From a virus: 64,000 nt of DNA. The position numbers and the translations under genes were made by a program. Within the stretch, counting starts at the first letter, position 1, and the number at the start of each line of letters is the position of its first letter. The notes below the pieces were generated by a model, which was not told the DNA's origin, did not search any database, and saw only the letters and a program-made list of their open reading frames with translations. Location of the stretch: positions 67,252-131,251 of the IMG/VR virus record IMGVR_UViG_3300033233_000006. One strand, 5' to 3'. Shown in pieces: positions 1 to 10,000 of this stretch.

Positions 1-2
1 GG

Positions 3-2510
3 GTCAGCCGAGTCGTTCCCGCCGACGCCGTCGCCGCGTCGGTGCAGGTCGATCCGGTGCCCGGTCCGACGAAGTGGACCTTCACGTCGCTCGGGGAAGG
101 CACCTGGGGCAATTCGACGACGGTCCGCATCCGCGGCAACCAGAACTTCCTCGACCGCACCCCCGGCTCGGTCAAGTGGGACAAGTTCGACCTCCTCGTT
201 CTCCGACCGTTCCCCGTCGATCCGACGATCATCACGGCGGCTGAGACGTTCGAGGCGATCACGCTCACCGACGCGACCGCGACCGACTACCTCGGGACGG
301 TGATGGCCGACCCGTCGCGGCGCTCGACGCTCATCACGGTCACGGCTGGCATCAGCGGCGTGCCGACCGGGCTCCTCGGGGCGAACTACCAGGACGAGGT
401 CAGCGGCGTCGGCACCGGCATCCTGACGAACTTCGTCTTCACGCTCCTCAACGGGAATGTCCTTCCGGGCAACTACCGGCTCGTCGCGGGCGGCACGCAG
501 GTCAACGACCAGGCCCAGACGCCCACCGGCCTGATCAACAACTCGAACATGCTGTTCACGCTGACAGTCCCCGGTTTCCCGATCGCCGACGGAACGCTCA
601 AGCTCTTCTACGCGAAGTTCCCGTCGCTCATCGCGCAGGCGCTCACGGTCACCGGCGCGATCAACGGCGTCAACAAGGACTTCACAGTCGCCATCGGCGC
701 GTTGGGCAACGCCGTCTACCGCGAGGGCACGGTCTTCCGCATCCGCTACGCCGCTGTCGCGGGCGCGTCGCCGCAGCTCCTCTTCACGGTCGGCGCATCG
801 CCCGCGACCTACGACCTCTCGACCACGCCGCTCACGAGCACGCCGATCATGCCCGGCTCGGTCTCGATCGCGGTGACCACGGTCGCGAACGGTGCGCAGG
901 TCATCACCGACGACGGCAACGGGAATCTCACCAACCCGCTCGCTCTGGCGGCACCCGGTACGATCGACTACGTCACGGGCGCGATGACGGGCATCACCCT
1001 CACGCTCACGGCGCTGTCGACGGTGGTCGCGACTTACAACTCCTCGCTCGCGATCACCAAGGGCGCATCGAGCAGCAACGTGGCGCAGGGCGTTGCGCTC
1101 GTCGGCTCGATCGACGGCACCGGCGTCAACACGATCAACCTCACGAACTCGACGACTGCGCCGACCACGAACGGCGCCATCTCGTTCAGAACGTTCGTCG
1201 CCCCGCTCGCCGGCACGACCATCCTCATCGACTACGTGAGGACTGGCATCATCAACTCGTCACTCGCGGGCGTGCTCACGGGCGACGTGAACCTCGTGCC
1301 GACCCACACGATCGACTTCACGACCGGTCTCACCCAGTTCACGACGACGTTCCCGCCGCTCACCGGCACGACGATCGACGCCACCTACCAGACCGGTCTC
1401 GTCATCAGGGACAACGGCCTCGGGCGCCTGATCGGCAACGTCAATCCGACCGGGGTCAACACGATCGACTACGCCACGGGCGCGGTGAACGCCCAGTTCT
1501 CGACGCCGCCGCTCAGCGGAGCGACGCTCTACTCGAACTACGACACGCTCGCGCCGTTCCTCGACTTCCCGCTCACCGGCGGACTCAACGGCAGCGCGAT
1601 CAGCCGGTCGGACATCTCGCTGGCGGGACCGCCGATCACCGGGCTCGAAGCGACGAAGAAGGGCATCTACGCCCTCGATCTCGTCGAGGAGCCGCTCAAC
1701 GTCATCGTGCCCGACTTCGAGGGCTCGCAGTTCGTCCAGTTCGACCTCGTGCAGTTCGGAAAGAACCGGGCCGACAACCGCTTCCTCATCATGGGCTTCG
1801 GCTTCGGCACGACGGTCCCCCAGGCGATCCAGTACGTCCTCGTCACCCAGGCGTGGGACGTGAAGTTCGGAGCGATCTACTACCCCAACATCTACTTCAC
1901 GAACCCGGTGACGGAGCTGGCCCAGCTCATGCCGGTCACGCCGTTCGCAGCCGGCATCTACGCGAAGACGGCCCACAACAAGAACGTGGGCAAGGCTCCC
2001 GGTGGCGTCGAGGACGGAGCCCTGGACGGCGAGGGCACGGTCGGTCCCGAGTTCAAGGTCGAGCTGGCCGACCGCAACGCGCTCTACCAGGCCAAGATCA
2101 ACCCGATCATCTCCTCGCAGGCGACGGGTCTCTCGGTCTGGGGCGTCCGCACGCTCTCCAACGAGCGCCGGTGGCGGTACGTCAACGCCCGCACGCTGCA
2201 CGACTACCTCATGTACGCGACGAGCCTCCAGCTCCAGTGGGCCGTCTTCGAGAACAACGGGCCTCCGCTCTGGGCGAAGATCAGCACCGCGCTCAAGGGC
2301 TTCTACGGGTCGCTGTTCCGACTCGGCTACTTCGCGGGCGATACCGAGGCGCAGGCGTTCGACGTGGTCTGCAACTCGACGAACAACAACCAGAAGACGA
2401 TCTCGCAGGGCAAGGCGATCATCGACATCGGGTTCGCCCCCAACACCCCAGCCGAGTTCATCATCTTCACGCTCAAGCAGCCGGTCGGCCAGCAAGCGTC
2501 GCTGGTCTAA
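3..2510 (+). CDS. Contractile tail sheath protein (5' end outside window)
   Basis: Frame open from base 3. C-terminal sheath motifs (AGIYAKT..NVGKAPGG, INPI, VWGVRTL, WRYVNAR, WAVFENN, IGFAPNTPAEFI). Middle region has repeated TDDGxGxL/TIDYxTG insertion modules. Confidence 0.95.
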   Translation, partial: VSRVVPADAVAASVQVDPVPGPTKWTFTSLGEGTWGNSTTVRIRGNQNFLDRTPGSVKWDKFDLLVLRPFPVDPTIITAAETFEAITLTDATATDYLGTVMADPSRRSTLITVTAGISGVPTGLLGANYQDEVSGVGTGILTNFVFTLLNGNVLPGNYRLVAGGTQVNDQAQTPTGLINNSNMLFTLTVPGFPIADGTLKLFYAKFPSLIAQALTVTGAINGVNKDFTVAIGALGNAVYREGTVFRIRYAAVAGASPQLLFTVGASPATYDLSTTPLTSTPIMPGSVSIAVTTVANGAQVITDDGNGNLTNPLALAAPGTIDYVTGAMTGITLTLTALSTVVATYNSSLAITKGASSSNVAQGVALVGSIDGTGVNTINLTNSTTAPTTNGAISFRTFVAPLAGTTILIDYVRTGIINSSLAGVLTGDVNLVPTHTIDFTTGLTQFTTTFPPLTGTTIDATYQTGLVIRDNGLGRLIGNVNPTGVNTIDYATGAVNAQFSTPPLSGATLYSNYDTLAPFLDFPLTGGLNGSAISRSDISLAGPPITGLEATKKGIYALDLVEEPLNVIVPDFEGSQFVQFDLVQFGKNRADNRFLIMGFGFGTTVPQAIQYVLVTQAWDVKFGAIYYPNIYFTNPVTELAQLMPVTPFAAGIYAKTAHNKNVGKAPGGVEDGALDGEGTVGPEFKVELADRNALYQAKINPIISSQATGLSVWGVRTLSNERRWRYVNARTLHDYLMYATSLQLQWAVFENNGPPLWAKISTALKGFYGSLFRLGYFAGDTEAQAFDVVCNSTNNNQKTISQGKAIIDIGFAPNTPAEFIIFTLKQPVGQQASLV

Positions 2511-2528
2511 GGCGATAGGAGATAGAGC

Positions 2529-3368
2529 ATGGCTCGCGCTGCGGCAACTTGGACCCAAACCGAAAAGGACTTCCTCACGAAGTCCTATTCGTCGTTTGGT
2601 TCCAAGAAGTGCGCCGCAGCGCTGGAGAGGCCCGAGGGAGCGGTTCGGACGATGGCGAACCGCCTCGGGCTCAAGCTCGCCGCAAAGAACGCGACTCACC
2701 GGAAGCTCGGCCACAGCCAGAAGGCCGAGATCGTCGCGCTCTACCGGAGCGATCCGACCATCTCAGCGCAGGCGATCATCGACCAGCTCAAGCTCCCGGT
2801 GAAGGTCGATTGCGTCTACAAGGCGCTCGCCCAGGCCGGAGTCAAGCGCGGAACGACCGGCCAACGCAACCGACGGTGGACCGATGCCGAGGAACTGGTC
2901 ATCGTTGCCGACTACGTCGGAGGAATGTCGCAGCCCGAGATCGCGGCGGCTCACAGCACCCGCCCTGGCGTCATTTCGGGCATCCTCAAGCGACGCGGCG
3001 TGAAGACGCGGCATCAGGAGCGGGAAATCTCGGATGTCGAGTGGACCGAGATCATCCGGCGTTATCAAGCGGGCGACGTAATCGTCGAGGGGATCATGTG
3101 TCGATACACACCCGACTTCGTTTTGACGAGCGCAGACGGAGACGAGACGCTGGTCGAGGTGAAGGGCCGCTGGTTCACGCGCTCACGGCTCAAAGTCGAG
3201 TCGTTCCGTCTGCTTTACCCACACGCCCATCTCGAAGTGTGGGACGCCTCCGTCCTGACGGATCTCGGAATCCTCCGTTCGATCACCGAGCGTAACAATG
3301 AGCGGCGTCGTAAGGCGAGCGCGACGCCAAACAGCTCCCTAATAAGCTCAAGCACACAGGAGTCATAA
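2529..3368 (+). CDS. Free-standing endonuclease with HTH repeats and C-terminal PD-(D/E)XK domain
   Basis: YTPDF...LVEVKG motif; N-terminal WT..E HTH-like repeats; sits between sheath and tube genes. Confidence 0.75.
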   Translation: MARAAATWTQTEKDFLTKSYSSFGSKKCAAALERPEGAVRTMANRLGLKLAAKNATHRKLGHSQKAEIVALYRSDPTISAQAIIDQLKLPVKVDCVYKALAQAGVKRGTTGQRNRRWTDAEELVIVADYVGGMSQPEIAAAHSTRPGVISGILKRRGVKTRHQEREISDVEWTEIIRRYQAGDVIVEGIMCRYTPDFVLTSADGDETLVEVKGRWFTRSRLKVESFRLLYPHAHLEVWDASVLTDLGILRSITERNNERRRKASATPNSSLISSSTQES

Positions 3369-3374
3369 GTCCTT

Positions 3375-3866
3375 ATGGCTAGGGCAGCTGCGACCGACCC
3401 GTACCTCAACTTCCGGTTCCACGTCACGGACCCGGCTGGCGGCAACCTGGACCCGGTCGCCGGGTTCACATCCGTCGCGACGCCCGAGATCAGCATCGAG
3501 CCCGCGCCCTACCGCGAGGGCGTCATGCGCTGGACGCAGAAGTACCCGGGCGTCCAGTCGGTGAGCGAACTCCAGCTCTCGAAGGGCACCGTCCGTCGAG
3601 AGTCGGACTTCTTCGCGTGGGTGCTCCGCGTCATCAACGGCGGCGTGGCGTCGTACCGCACCGACCTCCAGATCGCGGAGTTCCACATCACCGACGCCTT
3701 CGGCATCAACGGCGCCCCGTCGCGCATCATGCGCGTGCGCGAGGCGTGGCCGGGTGCGACGAAGCCGATGGCCGACAAGGACGCGTCGGGCTCGGAAGTC
3801 GCCATGCAGTCGCTCACAATTCAGCTCGAAGAGCTTGAGCTAGAGATCATCCCCTCCCCGGTGTGA
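3375..3866 (+). CDS. Tail tube protein (T4 gp19-like family)
   Basis: DPYLNFRF, AGF..V, YREG, KYPG, L.KG, W, AWP motifs; follows the sheath gene. Confidence 0.92.
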   Translation: MARAAATDPYLNFRFHVTDPAGGNLDPVAGFTSVATPEISIEPAPYREGVMRWTQKYPGVQSVSELQLSKGTVRRESDFFAWVLRVINGGVASYRTDLQIAEFHITDAFGINGAPSRIMRVREAWPGATKPMADKDASGSEVAMQSLTIQLEELELEIIPSPV

Positions 3867-3918
3867 GCCCGGAAGCCCCCGTTTACGGCCCCGTCGGAAC
3901 CTTCTGAGGACCGCGCCC

Positions 3919-4473
3919 ATGAGCCTTTTCGATCGCATCAAGCCGCTGCACGAGTTTGACCCGAGCAAGCATGCAGCGGCGGCTGCAAAGGCGCAAAAGA
4001 CGCTCGGCGCGTTCCAGAAAGCACCGCACGCGCCCACGGGCCACACACCGGCGATGCAAGCCTTCGACAAGCCCATGCAGGCGAGGAACCAGGCGAAGGC
4101 CGACGCGCGCAAGCACGAGGACGCCGGCCCCTCACTCGGTGCTCGCATTGGCGCCCGAGCGCTGACCGAGCAGACCGAGGCGGAGGCCGCGGCCCATCCC
4201 AGGCCGCTCCTCGAAGACCTCGTGGCGGCCCGTTCGGTGCGGTTCTTCTCGCCGCGCGACATCCAGTACGCGATCGAAGACCTCGCTACGGCAGCGGAGC
4301 GGTTCCAAGAGCGAGACTCGCGCTTCAGCTACATGAAGCTCGGTCGTCGCGGGAAGGACAGCTGCGAGGACGAGAAGAAGGCCAAGGCCATGCTGGAGGC
4401 CGCGCTCAAGGAGCTTCGCGAGTCGGCCAACGCCGTGAAGAAGTACGCGGACCTCTGCGACGCCGACTACTGA
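3919..4473 (+). CDS. Hypothetical protein
   Basis: GAGGA RBS; codon bias matches neighbours. Confidence 0.6.
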   Translation: MSLFDRIKPLHEFDPSKHAAAAAKAQKTLGAFQKAPHAPTGHTPAMQAFDKPMQARNQAKADARKHEDAGPSLGARIGARALTEQTEAEAAAHPRPLLEDLVAARSVRFFSPRDIQYAIEDLATAAERFQERDSRFSYMKLGRRGKDSCEDEKKAKAMLEAALKELRESANAVKKYADLCDADY

Positions 4474-4525
4474 GTCGCGCTCGCATCGATGACGTGGCCG
4501 CGGGGTAACACTGGTCGGGAGGTTC

Positions 4526-4795
4526 ATGATGCTGCCAACTCCGCCCGCCGCGGTTGCGGTGGAGATGCCGCTACAACCGCTCATCGCGCCAGCGCAGACG
4601 CACGGCTTGGAGATCGAGCTAGTCGTTCTCACGAACCGGATGATCGAGCGCCTCGTGGACAAGCGCGCGAGCCTCTCCAACGACGAGCGCCGGCTGCTGG
4701 AGCGGACTGCGAAGGCACGCGTGGCCGAGATCCTCAAGCGCACTGCCGTCGATGTCGCCGAGACGATCAACGGTGTGGTGAAGCGGGCGCCTTGA
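4526..4795 (+). CDS. Hypothetical protein
   Basis: GGGAGG RBS; helical 89-aa ORF. Confidence 0.55.
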   Translation: MMLPTPPAAVAVEMPLQPLIAPAQTHGLEIELVVLTNRMIERLVDKRASLSNDERRLLERTAKARVAEILKRTAVDVAETINGVVKRAP

Positions 4796-4823
4796 GCTAC
4801 CATGACGAGGTGAGAACCGCGCC

Positions 4824-5378
4824 GTGGCTAGAAGCGTAAATCAAGATCCGTTCATGTCGCACAATTTTGCCCTGATTGACATCCCGGTGCAGGCCGCCAT
4901 TCCCACGGCCTTCCCGATCAAGCTCCTCCAGTCGGCCATCACATCGGGTACCTTCATCGGCTTCTCCCGCATCTCGATGCCTTCGCTCTCCATCGAAACG
5001 AAGGCGATCAAGGAGGGCAACTGGCCGCCGATTCACAAGGTTCTCATGGGCTTCACCGATGGTGGCGAGGTGACGCTGGAACAGGCGCTCGTGTCGATCA
5101 ATGCCGACATGTACTTCTGGTTCCAGCAGGCGATCTGGGGGCGGATCGCTCCACGCCGCGACTTTCTCATCGTCAACACGCGGGCCGACAAACGAATCCC
5201 GCAGCGGCTCACCCATCTCGAAGGGTGCATTCCGACTGGCTGGAAGCCCAGCTCCGACCTCGTCGGCCTGACCGGCGAGGTGGTCATGGAGAGCCTCACG
5301 ATGGCTGTGACCCGGGTGAGCATCATCCCTCTGCCCATCCCCGTTGCTCCGCCGACAACCATCGCCCCCCCGGGCTGA
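4824..5378 (+). CDS. Second tail tube-like protein (gp19/gp54-like)
   Basis: DPF..HNF, GFSRI, IKEGNWP, VTLE, WF, GCIP..W motifs shared with tube proteins. Confidence 0.8.
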   Translation: MARSVNQDPFMSHNFALIDIPVQAAIPTAFPIKLLQSAITSGTFIGFSRISMPSLSIETKAIKEGNWPPIHKVLMGFTDGGEVTLEQALVSINADMYFWFQQAIWGRIAPRRDFLIVNTRADKRIPQRLTHLEGCIPTGWKPSSDLVGLTGEVVMESLTMAVTRVSIIPLPIPVAPPTTIAPPG

Positions 5379-5447
5379 TCCACAAGCCCCTTGCCAAGTC
5401 AGAGGTGAAGCTAGTATCCTCATCGGAGCGTTGAGGAGCACTACCTC

Positions 5448-5930
5448 ATGGGTCTGGCTGGTCAGGGTCGTCTGAATTTTGTGATCCCGGAAGCCATCGA
5501 GCAGAGGCTCGATGTCTACTGCGATCGCACGGGGCGCACGCCCACCGATGTCATCCGCCAGCTCGTGAGCGAGGTGCTCGAAGGCGATCGCGAGCTGTCC
5601 AAGGCAGCAGCCGAGCATCCCACCGGGCGTCGGACGAACATTCCGCTCGGCTACGGCGCGCTTGCGCGCCTCGACGAGTTCGTGCGCGAGGGGAAACACG
5701 CGTCAGCCGCGGCGGTCATCGCCACGCTGCTTACCCAGTTCCTCGCGAACCGCGTGGACATGAAGGCCGACGAGGTGGTCATCGTCCACGTTCCGCTCCC
5801 GGTGTCGGTCTACTCCGCGCTCACGGCTCAGTGTGCGCGGAACGGAACGCCGATCGAGAAGTTTCTGGCGAAAGAGGCGGCGAGCGCCGCGAACGCCGTC
5901 CACGCAAAGTCCAAGGCGAGGCGCAGTTAG
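5448..5930 (+). CDS. Tandem ribbon-helix-helix DNA-binding protein
   Basis: Repeated RLNF.IP...L...C..TGRT.TDVIR-type RHH units; upstream TTGCCA-18-TATCCT promoter-like site. Confidence 0.6.
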   Translation: MGLAGQGRLNFVIPEAIEQRLDVYCDRTGRTPTDVIRQLVSEVLEGDRELSKAAAEHPTGRRTNIPLGYGALARLDEFVREGKHASAAAVIATLLTQFLANRVDMKADEVVIVHVPLPVSVYSALTAQCARNGTPIEKFLAKEAASAANAVHAKSKARRS

Positions 5931-5942
5931 GGAGGCTGAACA

Positions 5943-6791
5943 GTGCCCGGAATCACCGACGTTCCCGGCGTTGAGGTGTGGGGGGCCGGAAGGGGGCAGT
6001 ACGACATGCCCTGTGGGTGGGTCGACGAGCAGGGCAAGGCCCACAAGAAGGTCGTCCTCCGCGAGATGATGGGCACGGAGGAGGACATGATGGACGACGA
6101 TTCCGTCCCGCGTCACACCCGAACGACCAACGTCCTCACGGCGTGCATCGACGAGCTGGACGGCGTGAAGGACAAGGACAAGATCCGCGACATCGTTGCT
6201 GATGAGGTGAAAGTCGGAAAGGGGATCACCTCGACCGACCGCATCGCGCTCATGGTCTTCCTGCGGCGCGTCTCCCTCGGCGACAACTACAAGTTCGAGC
6301 GCCGGTGCCCGTGCCCGCGCCAGCACCTCTGCAAGAACCGCTCGCTCGACCTGCGGACCATCGGGATCAAGGCGGTCCCTGACGAGCGCGTCCCGAAGCG
6401 CCGCGTCGAGGTCACGCTCCCGCGCTCCAAGAAGAAGGCCGTGCTCCGAGTGATGACAGCCAAGAGCGAAGGTCCGCTCGTGGCCCTCCGGCCCACCTCG
6501 AAGGACTTGCGCTCGGTGGCGATCACCGCACGCGTCGAGTCCCTCGATGGTCAGCTCCTCGACAACCCCAGGATCGCCGTCGACATCGTGAAGGCGCTGC
6601 CGCTCGACGACCGCGAGTTCATCCGGTCGTGCTACGACAAGATGGAGGCCGACGTGGACACCTCCGTCGAGGTCCAGTGCGACCACCCCCTCTGCGCAGC
6701 CGAGTTCTCCTTCCCGCTCGACCTGGGCCAGAGTTTTTTCTCGAAGGGGGAGGAAGATGGGGCTACGGAGAAGGATCTGCGCTGGCTGTAG
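5943..6791 (+). CDS. Tail assembly chaperone / T4 gp26-like baseplate hub assembly protein
   Basis: LREM.G.EED, DR..L...LR..SLG, CPC and C.HP.C zinc motifs, F..PLDLGQSFF terminus; directly upstream of tape measure. Confidence 0.8.
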   Translation: MPGITDVPGVEVWGAGRGQYDMPCGWVDEQGKAHKKVVLREMMGTEEDMMDDDSVPRHTRTTNVLTACIDELDGVKDKDKIRDIVADEVKVGKGITSTDRIALMVFLRRVSLGDNYKFERRCPCPRQHLCKNRSLDLRTIGIKAVPDERVPKRRVEVTLPRSKKKAVLRVMTAKSEGPLVALRPTSKDLRSVAITARVESLDGQLLDNPRIAVDIVKALPLDDREFIRSCYDKMEADVDTSVEVQCDHPLCAAEFSFPLDLGQSFFSKGEEDGATEKDLRWL

Positions 6792-7060
6792 GACCCGCGT
6801 TTCACGCTTTTCTCCCCCTCGGACACCGCGCCAACCTGGAGTTCGAGATCGTTTTCCTCATGGAAGCCTACAACCAGCCGTATGACGCGATCATGTCGAT
6901 GCCCTCGTCTCGGCGGCATCGGTTGGTCAAGATACGAGAGGAGATCGTAAGATCGAGGAACCAGAAACGAGGAGGGAACGAAGGGGGCGGACCGATGGGT
7001 CCACCTCCTTCGGGACCAGGTAGTCCGCCAGCCGGTTGGCGTCCTCCTTCGAGGCCATAA
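6734..7060 (+). CDS. -1 frameshift extension of tail assembly chaperone (G/GT-like)
   Basis: Slippery T TTT TTC at 6734-6740; -1 frame open to 7060 and encodes EIVFLM...YDAIMSMPSSRRHRLV, typical of small TAC-GT domains. Confidence 0.75.
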   Translation, partial: FFLEGGGRWGYGEGSALAVGPAFHAFLPLGHRANLEFEIVFLMEAYNQPYDAIMSMPSSRRHRLVKIREEIVRSRNQKRGGNEGGGPMGPPPSGPGSPPAGWRPPSRP

Positions 7061-7077
7061 GGGATGTAGGAGACACG

Positions 7078-10000
7078 GTGCCCGCTCAGCCTTACAGCCT
7101 TGGAATCGGAGTCCAGGTCGACTACCAGTCGATCGAACGGGCGGCAAGCGCCATCGAGCGGCAGCTTCTCAATGCGTTCCGCGGAGTGTCGCGGGACGCA
7201 TCGAAGTACGCCGGGCAAATCACCGAGTCCTTCGGCGGCAAGGGCGGTGGCGGAGCGCCAGCCAGCGACAAGCTCGCTGGCGCCCTCGGCGGAGCCGTCG
7301 GTCCAGCCGAGCTGCCGATGCTTCCCGGAGCGATCGGCCCCGAAGCGCCCAAGAGCATCGACAAGATGGCGACGGCAATCGGCGATCTCGCCAAGGAGAC
7401 CAAGCCGGCTGTAAAGGAGCTGGCTAAGCTCGACGAGGAGGTGAGGGAGAAGCCGAAGGACGCGAAGAAGGCCGTGGCCGGCTTCGGAGACTTCGCCAAG
7501 GCGATCGGTCACGTCGCGAACGTCGTCTCCGACTTCGCTAACAAGATGCGTCAGGGCTTTGCCTTCACGAAAGACGCCGAACTGCTCGAAGTGGCGACGA
7601 TCCGTATGGCCGTCGGGCTGGGCGAGGGGTGGAAGCGCGCCGATCAGCTCCGCGACAGCATCGTCGACCTCGGTACGGCGACAGGCCAGAACGTTCACGA
7701 GATTACGAAGATGGACGCGGCGCTCGTAAATGCCGGCATGACGTTCACGAACTTCTCGACCGACACCCAGAAGGCGATCATCAGTCTCGGACACAACTAC
7801 GGACTCACCGGCGAGCAGATCGCGACCACAGCGACCACGCTCGACACGTTCGGTCAAGACCTGGGCAACGTGCTCGGCGACGCCGTGCGCTTCCAGAAGG
7901 GCTTCAAGCTCCCCGGCGTCTTCGAGCAACTGCCCGGCATCGTGAACTTCGCCCGCGACTCGTTCCTGTCGTTCAGTGACAAGATCGTCGGCTCCGGCGC
8001 TGACATCGTTAAGACGGCCATGCACACGTCAGGCGTCTTCGCCAAGGCGTTCGGCACGACGATGGCTGATGCGACCAAACGCGCCGAGCAGGCGATGTCC
8101 AGGTTCGCCGAGTCGGCTCAGCAGGACCAAGATGTGTTCCTTGGCCTCGGGACCGAGTTCAGCGGCCTCACCATGTCGCTCATGCAAGCCGGTGTTCCGA
8201 TCCAGCGCGCAATGGATCTCACGAAGGAGGGCTTCACCGACACCGTCGAGGCGGCCAAACATTACCGCGAGGTTCTCGACAAGATGCCGAACAGGTTCAT
8301 GAAGGACCGCTTTATGCGCCAGCTCCAGAAGGAGCTGCCGAGGGACGTGTTCGCGCTCGTCAAGGACACGAAGCTGCTCCAGAAGACGCTGGCCGATCGC
8401 GGCAAGGCGGCTGACATCGAGAAGACGTGGAATCAGGCCGGCGTCGGCGTCTTCAACGACATGACGACGACGCTCCAGAGCGCCACGGCTGAGCTGCGCG
8501 AGATGTTCAACAACGTGGTGGAGGTCGGCAAGGCGATCGGCGGCCAGATCGGGAAGATGCTCGGGCTCGACGAGATGTTCAAGGGCGCGACCGATACCTT
8601 CAAGGACTTCAACAAGTCGATCCTCGCCTTCGTGAAGTCTGAGCGCTTCACGAAGTGGATGGAGACGATCAAGCCCTACGTCGTGAGCATCGGTAAGGTG
8701 CTTCTCCCAATCGGGACCTTGATCGGCGGCATCGGTGGGGCTATCGGGAGCCTCTGGAGCGGAACGAAGGTTGTTACGAAGGGTTTCACGCTCGCTGAGA
8801 AGCCGATCGCGTTCCTCGCCAAGATGTTTCCTCGGCTGGGCAAGGGCGTCAACTTCCTCCTGACGCCGCTCAAAGTGCTCGGCAAGTTCGCCGGCAAGCT
8901 CGTAAGCAAGGCGTTCGGCATCGGTCTTCTCATCGACGGATTCAACGCGTTCAAGACGGCGATCTTGGACATGGGCGAAGTCCTGGGTGATCCGAACGCG
9001 ACCGGTATGGAGAAGTTCGAGGCGATTGCCCGCGGACTGATCAAGGGCGTCGGCAAGTTCATCGACGGCGCACTCCTCGGCATCCCGAGCTGGCTCCTGA
9101 GCAAGTTCTTCCCGGACATGGAGAAGTCGTTCGACAGGGGCATCGCGGGGATCTTCGACACACTCGGCGAGTGGTTCGGCGATGGACCGGGCGGCATCTT
9201 CGACACTGTCGGCGGGTGGGTGTCAAGGCTTGGCGACTACCTGGCCTCGCACATCCCCGACTTGGCCGCGTTCACCAAGTCGTTCGGAAAGGCGCTTGGG
9301 CAAGTGCTCGCCTTCATGGCGAAGACGAGCGTCAAGGGGCTCAAGTTCATCTTCATCGACCTGCCCATCAAGATCATGAAGGCCGAGGTGGGGCTCATCG
9401 TTTCAGCGGTGAAGTCCCTCTTCTCCAAGAGCGCCGATGCCGGCGCGGACGCCGTGAAGGAGTCGTTCACCCTCGATAAGTTTCTCAAGACGCTTGGAAC
9501 CCGGCTCTCGCCCATCACCGATTTCATGGTGGGCCTCGGTGAAGGGATTGCCGGTTCGTTCGGCACCTCGCTGAAAGCCGTCGGCCTCCGCTTCAAGATC
9601 CTATGGGAGACCGTCAAGTACGGCGCCGAGTCGGCTGGCGACTGGATCTACGACGCATTCGCGAACAACTGGGACCGCATGCAGAACGGAATGAGTAAGT
9701 TCGGCGGCCTCCTCAAGAAGTTCTTCACCGTCTCGATTCCTTCAACCGCCGAGCAGGCGATGGTCCTCGTGATCGGCTCGTGGAACTCCGGCTTCGCGGC
9801 GATGAAGGTCGTGGCCTACGAGATGATCGCTGGCGTCGCAAAGGCATTCAGCGACCTCGCCACGACGGCGATCGACAAGCTCAAGAGCGTGGCTGACGCG
9901 CTGCCTGACATGACGCCGGGGATCAAGGATCTCCGGGCCAAGCTCGATAGCGCCAAGGCGACGGTCGGCGGCCTTGCAAGCAGTTTCACCGATATGACGA

